A stretch of 61,935 bases of DNA, the filler included, from Rhabdomonas costata (taxonomy: Eukaryota), in NCBI GenBank assembly GCA_019059605.1. It is 26 parts of 26 records of this genome, joined end to end, with 100 filler letters (N's around TTAATTAATTAA, not from the genome) between each part and the next. Parts side by side here need not be neighbours in the genome. Positions count along the whole stretch, not along the records: positions 38,208 to 40,490 come from JAHMHO010004295.1; positions 40,591 to 42,875 come from JAHMHO010004296.1; positions 42,976 to 45,252 come from JAHMHO010004297.1; positions 45,353 to 47,635 come from JAHMHO010004298.1; positions 47,736 to 50,018 come from JAHMHO010004299.1; positions 50,119 to 52,400 come from JAHMHO010004300.1; 20 more parts are not named here. One strand, given 5' to 3'. The notes beneath the pieces are model-generated. The model did no database searches, was not told the origin of the DNA, and saw nothing but the letters and a program-made list of their open reading frames with translations. A program made the position numbers and the translations under genes. Below, piece after piece: positions 38,776 to 50,475 of this stretch. Position 1 is the first letter of the stretch; every line of letters starts with the position of its first letter.

Positions 38776-40480
38776 ATGGAGAAAGCTCTGGAGCGGAGGC
38801 ATGTCGTGGTTCTTGGGGGTGGGATCGCCGGGCTGGTCGCGGCGTACCTGATTAGCCGGGAGTGGGGCAACCGGGTGGAGGTCACCGTCGTGGAGAAGGA
38901 GGCCAAGCTGGGCGGGTGGTTGCAATCCATCCCCCAGCTGGAAGGTCTGCGCCTCAGTATTTTACCTTGCGATTGCAGCAGTGCTGTGAATTTTGCTTAA
39001 GAAACGGTTTCACAGGAACATCTGACCCACATATACAGAATTGAACATTAGGGTTATTGGAACGGTGTCTTTTCTGCTCAAAATATCGATGTTCTGATCT
39101 CAACTAGTCTTCGATTGTGGGCGCGGTCTTCGTGATTTTGACGTTTAGCCCCGAGAAGGGTTTGAATCGACTCCCAGGATAACGCCCCTTTCATCCTCCT
39201 AACGTTTTCCCCATTTTACCTATTTTTGCTAATGTGTGCGGAAAAGGATTTTGCGAGCGGGGGCCGCGGAGCTTTCGCGGAACCGGTGGGGAAACCACCC
39301 TGCGTCTGGTTTACGAGCTGGGCCTGCAGGGCGAGGTTCTGGGCGCGGACAAGAAAATGTCAGGCTCCCGCTTTGTGCTGTTCAACGGTAATCCTTCCGT
39401 CAGTCTATTCCCGTCCTGCTTTGACTTGCTGACTTGAGAGGCTGCAGAACAAATGGAAGCATTCTATAGTGGCACAAATCGTCTGCAATTTGGAATCGTT
39501 GAAGAACCCTTCCAAAAATGCACCAGCTTGCAATGACTTCATACTTACCAGCGGAGATGTGTCGCTTCTGAGGCATCTGATCTTCGGCCACTTTGCAGGC
39601 AGTGTCCCTCAAAACTTTCCCTTTACAAAGCTTCATCTGGCGGACCTTTCTCGAGGGTCGAGCCGTTTGTCATCTTCCTAGCTAGAGCTCTCTCTGCGGA
39701 AAAACCGCACAGGAAAACTTGTTGGTTAACCACCTTGTTCATGTGCGTTAGCGATGGGTTTACGAGCACTCTTTGGGGGTTTCGTTTTCTTTAAAATTCC
39801 ATGTGACCCTTCTCTGCTCATCAAACCTTTTCATTTGCTGTTCGGGGTCAGAGTCTTCGTGTGAAAATGTTTGATCCCTTATTGCGGCCGCTTGCCTAAC
39901 GTCGTAGTAAAATCGCACCAATTGCCTGCCCACCCAAAGACAAACGCTGTTGCTAAAAAAAAAGGCAAGCCCTGCCGGATGGGCGCCTTTGCCGTGATGA
40001 GGTCGGTGGGGTTGTTGACGGTACTGCGGGAGCTCTTCGTGCCCAGAAGGAACCACTCCAAGGAAAACCCCCTCCCTTGCCCTGCACCTCTCTCTTCAGT
40101 CACGGATTTTTGGGGATACACGGAGGCCTGAGAGAAGAAAGGGGAAGAGCGGTGACTCCTATGCTCGTCTCCAAGATCTTTGTCAAGTGTGGAACTTGTT
40201 TATGGTTGGGGTTACTGGGAGAGTGTTTGCATATGTTTGCATATGTTTATGCGCGAAAGAAAAAGACGGAAGAGAAGGGAAAGAAAAGGGAAGAAAAGAA
40301 AAGGTGTCCTAGTCAAGACGCGCGCAGCTTGGGTGCTAGCACGGTAGGTCCTATAGTTACTCTTGGAAGTCGTCGAAAAGAAAAGAGAAACGAGCACTGC
40401 GAGGCAGTGAGCAGGCGGGGGGCTGATGCTTTCAGGAGGAGGACGAGTCCGTGGATTCCTTCTTTCGCCGGCGCTTCAAC
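38776..40480 (+). CDS. PPOX: Protoporphyrinogen oxidase (HemY type), N-terminal exons
   Basis: VVVLGGGIAGLVAAY..VEKEAKLGGWLQS (38776-38944), FCERGPRSFR..LVYELGL (39247-39387), LRELFVPR (39965-~40062), EDESVDSFFRRRF (from 40436). Confidence 0.88.
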
Positions 40481-41840
40481 CCCACAACCCNNNNNNNNNN
40501 NNNNNNNNNNNNNNNNNNNNNNNNNNNNNNNNNNTTAATTAATTAANNNNNNNNNNNNNNNNNNNNNNNNNNNNNNNNNNNNNNNNNNNNCCAAGCACTC
40601 CCTCTTCTGCCCTTCCCTACGCCTGTTTCTTTCGTCTGCCCGCGCGCATCTCCTAAAAGCCCCCACCCCTCTCTTAGATTCGGCCCTTTTGTGCTTCTGT
40701 GCTTCCGCTGAGGCGTACTGCCTTGAACCCCAGCAAACTTTCCCCTTGGGCTAGGAGGGACCACGTATAGTGTGACACCCGAACGGGTAGGGTGGAAGGG
40801 CGGAACGGCCAAACAAGGGATGCGAAGCATGTAAAATGGTCGTTTTTTGGGTACCTCGGTTTTCCCGCTTTGTTTGAGGGGAATTTTCTCCGGAAGGGCG
40901 GCGCTCCATGAACAGAATTGAACCCGAGGGCGCACCAAAACATCAAGGCGGGCAGGAATAGAAACTGCCCGTTTCCATGGGCAGGTTCATTTCGGGGTTG
41001 TTGTCCGCCCATTACCTTCGTTATTCCCCTTGTGGATGGCGCCCCATGAACCAAATAAGGTGGGTGTGAAGGCCCGCGGCTAACATGTCATGAATGTGCC
41101 CTTGTTTCCCCCGCTCGGGCCGTGGTTTGCTTTCAACCGCAGAAGCGTCCGGCCTCAAAAAAATTATGGGACGTGCCGTGGCCAGTGCGCCCACTTCCGC
41201 TGTACATCGGGCTTCCTTTAGAACTTTTGCGGTCGCGGACGTGGTGGTCAAACTTTTCTGCCACACGGCAAGCGCCTGTTACTTCATGGTGAAAACCGGT
41301 TCCATCGGCATATCGGCGGAGCTTTCGGATGAACGAGTTGGCATGAGCAACGATAGGACCGCGCCAGAACAAAAAGAGTAGCTTGTATGAATGTTGCTAG
41401 GCCGCGCTAGACACGCTTTTTTGAAGGGTGGCCGCGGCATTGCCTTGAGCGTGGCCGCTTGCCATGACCAGCCCGACGCACAGAGGAAAAGCACGGCGGA
41501 CCACTTTCGCTCCGCCCTTCCGAAGGATCCGGGTCAATCCCGCGGTCCGCTGCCCGGTTTCGGTCGGGCGCACCCCAATTCTCTGCCCCTGATCCTCGGA
41601 CTGGAGTGGGAAAAATCACCAAGAACGCCACGGATGGGCTGAAAACAAGTCACACCGCACGTCAGTGGCTCAACATCAAAGCGCAGTGCTCGGGTCGGCA
41701 AAATGCGACGCTCCATACCAACCGCACCAGAAGCTTCAAGGAAGCATCCTCTGCGGCAGCGACGCACTGCGGATGAATTCACTACTGCTAGCTTGCGTTC
41801 CTGCAGCACTTGTTGTTTTCTCCGGGGGGGGGGGCACCTT

Positions 41841-42311
41841 CTAAGTCTCTGCCTGGGTGGCGAGGTACCGGACGTAGTGCTCGTACACCAAGCGAGACTG
41901 CGCCGTGTTCATAGCCTGGCGCTGGAACTGACCGTCTTCCACGTACAGCACACGGTCGGCGTAGCTGCGTGCGCCGCGAGTGAGGTCGTGTCGCGGAAAG
42001 CACGGAATGTCTTTCGGGGTTGTGTGCAATGTGAGGTCTTATAGGTACGCGGCCGATGGACGAAGGGTGAGGGACCTATCTCGCCAGCATTCCTCCGAGT
42101 GTCTGCTGAATGATCCAGGATCCAAAATGGCAGCCATCCAATAGGCAGCCCAAGAACCAAGCTGAGTCGCCCACAAAAGAGCTGAGAGGCGAGAGAACAC
42201 ACCATTCCAGGTCGGGGTTGTGGGTGACCATAATCATTGTGGTCCGTGACTCCAGGTTGATTTTAAGCAGAAGGTCCATGATCTCCACGGTGTTGTAAGT
42301 GTCCAGGTCCC
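41841..42311 (-). CDS. LolD/MacB-like ABC ATPase, last two exons
   Basis: GDLDTYNTVEIMDLLLKINLESRTTMIMVTHNPDLE-CYADRVLYVEDG (D-loop end and H-loop); exons 42311-42203 and 41964-41841. Confidence 0.88.
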
Positions 42312-43711
42312 CTTTGGGAAGTGCGAAGAAATGAACGAGGGCCAGGGGGAGAGACTAAAGGAGCACTCGACACACAACACGTGAATGGATAGTGCATCGA
42401 AACATACGGTGAAAAATTACGATGGAAAGAAATCGAGATTTACACAACACAGACAGAGAAAAGTCAGAAAAATCGTTACTGGCATACCGGCGTGCAGGTG
42501 GGCGGACGGTGTACCAGCCTACAGTTCTTTCTCTTATCAAAGCCCAAGCCCGATGTAGATCGTGCAAAAACAAATCATTGCAGGCCTGCAAAGGTCCAAA
42601 AAGGGCCCTTCCAAGCCCGTGTAAAGGCAAAAAGGGCTCAAAAACACTCCAAAATGGCCTCTAGGCTGGCCAGAAACACAAGCATTGCGGCCCACTCGGG
42701 TGCATGCATGAAGTACTCCTCTACCCTTAGGTATGCATAACAGGCCTGGCCGAAAGCTTAGGCTCAGTATGCAGGCCTGCAAAGGTTCGAAAAAAAAAGT
42801 GCACCCCTAGAATATTTTCAACGTTGAAATGCCCTTAAAAGGGCCAAAATGGGACCTTGAAGGGTCCATATCTCGNNNNNNNNNNNNNNNNNNNNNNNNN
42901 NNNNNNNNNNNNNNNNNNNTTAATTAATTAANNNNNNNNNNNNNNNNNNNNNNNNNNNNNNNNNNNNNNNNNNNNGGGGTGGTGGTTGGTGGCCCACCTA
43001 TTGACCTTCATCGCGTTATTTTTTCTCGCGCATTTTCAGGCTGATTTTCTTTTGGTGTTTTTATTTTATTGTTTCGGTTTGAAGAAGGGGTGGGGAGCAA
43101 TGTTAGGCTCGCCCACTGGCACCAATTCCTCGCAAGATGGCCCCGAAGGTGTGCTTTTCTTCTTCTTTCTGCAGAGGATGAACAACAAATCGCATGAACA
43201 CTCTACTGACTACTTGTGTACTCCTCGTCCACCATTGCACCGAGCTGCTGTGAGAAACACACAGGTGTCCATCGTAGTATAGAATTTTCCAACGAAGGGA
43301 CACCAAAATTGTGCCGTCTGGCCCCTGGCGCTGCTGAACCGCCCACAAATCCCCTTCTCTTCTCGCCATTTTTCGTGAAATCTCTTGACCCCACTGGGCG
43401 CAGCCCTCGTTGCAGAGGGCGACCTTATTTTATACATTTGTTTAAAGGATCCGCCTTTCCCTCCTTTTATTTTTCCAGCCTGCCTCGTCTTGCTTTTGTG
43501 CGGCGGTTCCGTGTGGGGGACCTTAGACGCTGTACATTCATTGTGTTGTTGTGACGTGCTATGAGCATAACAGTTCACTCTTTTCAAAGGATTTTCGGGA
43601 GCACTTCCAATACAACGCCCCTTAAATACTTGCACCCCACCCCCCGGGATCCACACAGATATCCTGACCCACTTCTTCTTTTTTCCTTTTCTCACTTTAC
43701 CCCATGCACAG

Positions 43712-44804
43712 CGTTGTCCGCACCGCTCCGCAGCTCGCGGTCGGTCGCCAGTGAACGCAGCGGCGTAAGCGCTAGGAGCCACCACAGCAGCCCCAGGACT
43801 CCGGCCTCGAGAGCCTCCGCGGCCTCCCGCCTCAGTGTGCTGACGGTGCCACCCAGGCCCACGCCTGCAGCAGAGAACCCGTACAGCCCGACCCTCTCGC
43901 GTTTTCCTGTGCTGCCCGAGATCGGTGAGCAATGGCTGTTATACACACACTAACATTCCCAGAAAAACCATTCCCTACATCTTTTTCGACAAGGAGGACT
44001 CAGATGTCATCTAACCGGTTCCCGCTACCGCTGACCGGACCTGTGCTCTGTCAGTCCATTTTTTGAATCCGTCACCCGAATCCTTAACCATCGCTCGGGA
44101 TTCCTAGCTATCTCCCCGACTCTCTCGCCTGTTCTTTTCCGTGAGGGTGGGTTGATGTGGAGCAGGGATGGTCAAGGTTGGTCCTCCGTTTTTTATAGGA
44201 AGCACTCGTAATAGCACTTTGTAATGGTTTGGATTTTGTAAGGCGGTGGGGTGGGAAAGCGATGACATGTGTAGTGTACCATTTTTGTGTTTGAACCGGC
44301 CGCACGTGGCTACACTGCTTTTGCCATTCGGACGTTTTGTTTCTGCTAAATATGTCCCCCTTTTGCTCCTTGCTTCGCCTCGAGTGATAATAAAGAGCAA
44401 CCACTATACAAAGGGCTGAAGCAGGAGACCTGGGGACTTTTGTATTGACAGCAAGCCTCCCAAAACGCTGCGTGGCCGGTCCTTTTGTCTGACATCTCTT
44501 GGCTGATTGTGGTGCACCTTGGCGGCTCTTTAGTATCTTTTTTGCACCGCTTCGTGCCTCACGTAGAGGAGGGTTTACGACAGCACGCTAACATCCTGAC
44601 TCCTTCCTCTTCCCCTTTTATGAACCGAAACGCCTCTTTTTTCTTTCTTTCTTTCTTTTTTTTTTTGCATTGGGCTCTTTTGCGGCTGCGCAGTGGCGAA
44701 GAGCCCTGGCCCGGGCTCGTACACTCCCCAGCTGCCTTCCCCTGGCCCCAAGGGCACGATGGGCTCTGCAGTGCACCGCCGGCGGCTCACCCTCACCCGG
44801 ACAG
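43712..44804 (+). CDS. PGP-motif (SHIPPO/ODF3-like) axonemal protein fragment
   Basis: Exons 43712-43924 (Ser/Pro/Arg-rich) and 44694-44804 join in phase 1 to give KSPGPGSYTP...GPKGTMG. Only one repeat is visible. Confidence 0.5.
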
Positions 44805-45147
44805 GTTCCGTTGCCCTCTGCCATGCATGTTGGAGTGGGTAATGTGATCCCTCGAACAGCTTCCGCGGTGCAAAGTGGAAGAGGCTATTAGAGGGAATAT
44901 CTTCAGTGTGAAGTACGCAAGGTAGCGAAATAGTTGCATAACGTATGGTGGACGCCGTTGGTTCCAGTCGCCCTAGGGTTAGTGGCAGTCCACCCTTTGG
45001 AAAGTTCACTCATGCACTTTCCTGTGGGGTGAGGGTAGACTAGCCCACCGTTACCGTTCAGTTTAAGGGGTGGTCGTAATTTTCCTGTCATGCGAACGAA
45101 CGTGACTAACAACCCAACCCAAAAAGTGCATGCCCTGGCCTTGTATA

Positions 45148-45252
45148 CAACCAACAACCAACAACCAACCAACCTACCAACCAACCAACCAACCAACCAA
45201 CCAACCAACCAACCAACCAACCAACCAACCAACCAACCAACCAACCAACCAA
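45148..45252 (+). repeat. (ACCA)n tetranucleotide microsatellite
   Basis: Tandem run reaching the contig end. Confidence 0.95.
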
Positions 45253-48074
45253 NNNNNNNNNNNNNNNNNNNNNNNNNNNNNNNNNNNNNNNNNNNNTTAA
45301 TTAATTAANNNNNNNNNNNNNNNNNNNNNNNNNNNNNNNNNNNNNNNNNNNNGGGGGTTGGTCAATGAGGACCAAGGCAAATTCTACATCTGAGGCTCAG
45401 CTCTTATCAAAGGTGGGCGAAGCGCTTCGTGAGCGACAGCGCGGTTTCCAGTTCAGCTCTTATCTTCTCTGCATTTGTGCGTATGCCGATTGATTTTTTG
45501 GCTTGTTTGCTCCATGTATTCGCAACTTCACCCACCAGTCCCACTACGGTTTTTTGTGAGTCTGCTACGTGCGGGCGACGATAGAGACATCCTTGGCGGG
45601 TTCCGCCTAGTCTTTTTCCGGGTTTTGACCTTGACCAAGCTGCCAGTGATTAGGGGCGGGGGTGCGACGACCCAAAATAAGCTTTCAAAAAAGAACTGAA
45701 TAATGAAAACGAGTTAAATTGAAAAAATTAAGGCGCAAGAAGTCCTTTTGAGGAGGTTTGAGCGGGTATTGTGAAAGATGGATTATAAAAAGATAAATGA
45801 ATTATACCTGGTTCAGCGTGTAAGTTGTTCAATTATCTGTCGAGCTTTTGCTTTACTCGAATTAATTGTGCCTATTCGCCTCCTGCGCTTCGCTGCCTCT
45901 CATTCAGGTGAAAGAGGGAGACCAATCAGTGGCCTTCAAGGCTTACATCCGCAAATCTAACCTCCGTGCACCTGCCGTTGTGCGCTTCAAGTGCGGTGAG
46001 TGGACGACGATTGGCTTGACCATTGGCATGGGCAATGCGTGACAAGGAGAAAATGGTCGAATGTTCCAGAATAATCAACAACCTTGGGTCTCAGATGTCA
46101 ACCAGCTGTGTCCGGAAGGCTAATGGTTTTAAATCAATCTTTTTGCAAAGACAAATGGCGGCGAAAAAGAAATTACACCTCCATTTGCAGACGTTGTAAC
46201 AGCAGCCCTAATGTACGTGAAGGTACACGCACACGTTAAGAAAGCCTTAAAAATCACGACGAAGGTCTTTAAAATAACTTGGTCCCTTGCGTTTTTGTTC
46301 GAATTCATACCACTCAAGCCATTACCACGTTCTGTGGAATATTTTCCCCCTTCCACCTTCCTCCTGGACTTGAATTGAAGTTTTTTGAAAGATTTTATTT
46401 TGAATCTTTATTGTGCTTGGTTTCGAAGTCTTTAATGAAGGCACAATCGACTTGGGGTAAGGATTTTTGATTTTCTGTTGCTTTTTCTTGGTGGTACAGC
46501 AGGCCAAATTGTATTGTCGCGCAACACGTCATCCTTCCCGCTGTTTTCCATTTGAGGTTTTTTGAATAGCTAGAGTTACTTCTGCTGGGGAGCTTTTTTT
46601 CGTTCTTATTGCGTGGTGTTTGGTAACGAAGCTTGCATTTGTTCTGGTTTTTCTTGGGTTTTATGAAAGCCGTCTAAGAAAAGGAAACCCTCAATTATCG
46701 GTGAATTCCAGTGCAGCTGATCTTTTCTTCACTCCTCAAAAAGTTGGGGTTGGGGTGTTACTGGCATGTTTCAAATGATTTGATCAAGACTTTCGTTGGA
46801 TTCCTTTCATTAAAGCACCATTTTGGCGTGGGTTTTGGAACTTTGCAACTCAAATAATTCCTAGAGTTGAGAAAATTCTTTCAATTCGTTCCTCTTCCGA
46901 TGCTTCACGATGGCTGTTTCTTCCCTGCCCTGAGCCTCCTGCTACGTTGCGCCTACCTCCCTTTAAACTAGACCACACTCGCTTTCTCGCTTTCTAGTTT
47001 TGCTCGATTCTCCTCTATACCTGCGTCCTGTCGTTGCTTCTTCCTTTTTCTCTTTCCTTTTAGCTCGCCCCTGTATGTTTCAGCAGTTTGCCCTTGCGAA
47101 ACCCTTGTTTGTCTAAAAAGTTTCATGGTTTTTTATAGTTAATTTGCTGAAGTGAACCGAAGCGTCTTCCTGCTGAAGCGAGTTGGGGGTTGGCGTGCCT
47201 TCCACTGACAGACCCAGGTAAACATCCGAGCAGGAAGACAAATGAATGGTTGTAAATTACGTCTGTCGAACGAATAGGATGCATAAGTCACACGTGCACA
47301 CGCTGCCGAAGCGATGTACGCATGTAGGAAGCGATGTACACATTCGTGGAAGGGATTACATATGCATACAACCGCGCTTTGCGAACCTAGAGGGCTCTTT
47401 CCCTCAGCCATTATTTTTCGACTCTTTTGAAACATCAATTTTCGTGAACATTCGCCTACCGTTCACGGGAAAAGAGCGGTGTTCATGTTCAGCTTGTCTT
47501 TTTCACCCCTTTTCTTTCTTCTTCTTTTCTTTACTCCTGGGGCAATCCTGTTGAATGACGAGGTGGTGGTGGTCACGCCAGGACTGCCCCAGGAGTAAAG
47601 AAAAGAAGAAGAAAGAAAAGGGGTGAAAAAAACAANNNNNNNNNNNNNNNNNNNNNNNNNNNNNNNNNNNNNNNNNNNNTTAATTAATTAANNNNNNNNN
47701 NNNNNNNNNNNNNNNNNNNNNNNNNNNNNNNNNNNGTGGTGGGGGTAGAGGTCATCTGCCGGCTCACCCCTTAGCCTTAGTATGGAAAAGGGGAGAGCCG
47801 GCAGATGACCTCTACCCCCAGGGGCGACACAAAGCAGCTCTGCGGTGAGGCCTCTTGATGTTGCTGTCATTTGTTTTGTTTTCAAGGACCGTAGCCAAAA
47901 ACTGCAAGCTCAATTTCACCCCGAAGCTGAATATTTATTAAGCCAAGCTATAGGTAAGCCGCTGGTCCTTCGCGGCAGCTTGTAATGTGCTGGTGTGAGA
48001 ACTCGGACTGCACGGTGTAGCCTGCTGTAGTTCTGCGGTGAAGTAGGCGAAAACTCCATGCCACTCACCTTCAG

Positions 48075-49996
48075 GTGGATCTGTTTCCGTCGGAATGGGA
48101 GAACTTCTGCACCCGAGAGTTCTTCAACGCGTCGCCCACGGAGGTCTTCTCGCGGTTCTGTGCCCCCGGAGCCGCCGGGCTGACCGACCTGTGGCTGAGC
48201 AGCAAGCAGAAGTTTCTCACCGCGGTGACCGCGGCACAGAGCCGTGGTGGGCAGGCCTCGCAGGGGCTGGTGCGGTGGAGGTTCCAGTGGAAGACGGACG
48301 GACCGCCCAAGCACGACCTGCTAATGAAGCAGTTCTCCGCACATGAGGTCCGCGGAGGACGTCTGTGTGTATCACCCTCGCCAAGTGCACCAAGTGTGTG
48401 CACCGATCTCTTGTTATATTCGGCTGAAGGTTAGGGTGATAAAGCTATCAACCATCGAGGTGACGCAGATGCGGATCATCGATCTGGGCGGCAGGTGTAT
48501 TGTCAATGACTGAAACCCGCTGCCCGCACTGGGCACGCCTATCGTGTCGGAATAGACTTGCGCGCAATGCTGTGGAGACAATGGAAGTTCACTTTCCTTT
48601 CTTTTATTCGTGCTGTCCACCGTTAGACAGGAACACACAGTGGATGTTGGAGTCGAGGATGGGGTTGTGGGGGAACAGTCTGCTTCCCGAGCCGAGCAGA
48701 GCGTGCTGAACCTTCTGGAGCGGGCCCGTCTGCGCGAGCGCAACACCTTGGACGCCTGGGTGAAGGTTCGAGTCCGGCTTTGGGCCTCCAACCGCTGCCA
48801 GACCCTGCTGCGCACTGTGCATGGTGTGGGATGTCTGCCTGTGCTTCTTCCACGCTTGCCTGGGAACCGTGTTAGACAACGAACCTTGCTTGAAAACCAG
48901 TCGCCGTTCTCGGCAACTGGTCAACCAGCCGCTTGTTTTATACTGGATGAGTTGCCATTGCCACCTCGGCCGGGTCGGGAACCTCCTTTCCTAATTTCCC
49001 AGGCAATGCTTTGATTGGGGATGTCGAGGATGTGTGAAGTGAAAATAGAAAATCAATCCTTGCCTCCACTTCTCCACTATCGTTTCTAATGTGGCCCAAT
49101 GTCCGAGTGAATGTCCATGCGGGAGTGTTTGTTTGAGATCTGCTCTGCCCTGTCAGGGCCTATGAAGCGGTCCCCCTGGTTCTCGCTTGGTCACGCAGTG
49201 GCGTTCAGTGTTGGGGGTCCATCTTTGTTTGAATATATCGTTGTGCATGAGATCCATCTTCAATTGTCTCGCGATGGAGCATCTGTAAAATCCAGTTAAC
49301 GACTGCAGACTCTCTCCCTTTGGGGGGGAGGGAGGGTAGGAGTGGTATCAAGCCGCTCGTTCAGTCGTTCCCATCTGTACGTGCAGGGCAGTGCGAGATG
49401 CGAGAGGCGGTGATGGATTTGGCTCTAAGCGAGCTGAAGAAAATGTCCTCGTCGATGGGAGGCCCTGAGGTTCGAAAAGTGCTCTCCACTTCAATTGAAC
49501 GATCTTGCTTATTCTGTGTGCTACGTGAACGCACTTCCCTTTTGAGCAGTGTCACACAACGAAACGTTTTCCATACCTACACACTGCGATAACTGCTTTT
49601 GTTCTAGGGCTCCCCCTCGGCCCGTTATTTTTTTTGGTGAAGGTGACCTTTTCTGTTGAAACTTCACCTTCCCCCTTGCATAGATCCTCCTCGACGACAT
49701 CCACCCCACTTTGAATTCCTCCGTCGAGGATGTCTACCTCTGGCTGTGCCGGAAGTCCTTTGGCTCGGACTCGAACGCCGCGTGGCAGGTGTGTATTGCA
49801 TCTCAAGGGTCAGATGTGGGTACTGGGGGTTCTCTTCTGCTTTTATTTTGACTGTTGAATGCTTAATTTTGCGCTGTGCTGTGGGAATTGGTCATGTTGC
49901 TCCTTTCTTTAAGGAAGTAATGGGGGGGGGGTTCTGTTTTGCAGGCCGCCTTCGTCGAGAATGGCATCGACAGGAAGCGGTTCGATGAGCTCAGCA
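48075..49996 (+). CDS. GT48 beta-1,3-glucan synthase (FKS/GSL, paramylon/callose synthase family), internal exons
   Basis: Exons 48075-48347, 48631-48823, 49387-49469, 49684-49788 and 49945-49996 in frame; motifs LFPSEWENFCTRE and VRLWASNRCQTLLRTVHG match GT48 PxEWxNF and RLWASxRxQTLxRTV. Confidence 0.88.
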
Positions 49997-50118
49997 GTAT
50001 GTGCCCTGTCACCAACAANNNNNNNNNNNNNNNNNNNNNNNNNNNNNNNNNNNNNNNNNNNNTTAATTAATTAANNNNNNNNNNNNNNNNNNNNNNNNNN
50101 NNNNNNNNNNNNNNNNNN

Positions 50119-50475
50119 GCCCCGCGCCGCGAAAGGCGGTTGAGTGTAATCAAAGCCAGGTACTTGGTGCATACCAAGGTAAGCCCCGGCAGCGCCCAAC
50201 GCGCCTCACAGGCGTTCAGGAAGCGGTGAGCCCCAAGCCGGGTCCGCAGTCCAGTGAACTCACCGGGACAGGTAAGTGGCCGGGCAGAAGGTTGGGCCGT
50301 CACAGGACCGGTCGTAAGAAAGTCACGCTTTTGGGGACACCCAAGGTAAGCCGGGAAAGCGCCCACTTTGCGAAAGCATAGTCGGGATACGGCTGCGGAA
50401 CACCGAGCCCAGTGGAACCACCGGCCGACGCCGGGTTACACGTAAGTGGTGTGGTTGCGAGCCGGGCCGCGACAC
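50119..50475. repeat. Diverged tandem ~166-nt repeat rich in short hairpins (possible structured RNA or element end)
   Basis: CCAAGGTAAGCC at 50175 and 50341, each followed by AGCGCCCA, CCAGTG..CACCGG, GTAAGTGG and GGGCCG in the same order. Confidence 0.6.

Noticed and set aside
45925-47050. Possible decayed DDE transposase in an AT-richer region
   Set aside because: Only vague motif resemblance with many stops; cannot be supported by eye.
47500-47631. About 45-bp inverted repeat hairpin
   Set aside because: At the contig end; same fold-back pattern.
50260-50280. ACTTACCTG on the minus strand as a U1 snRNA 5' end
   Set aside because: No U1-70K loop (GATCACGAAG) or Sm site follows.
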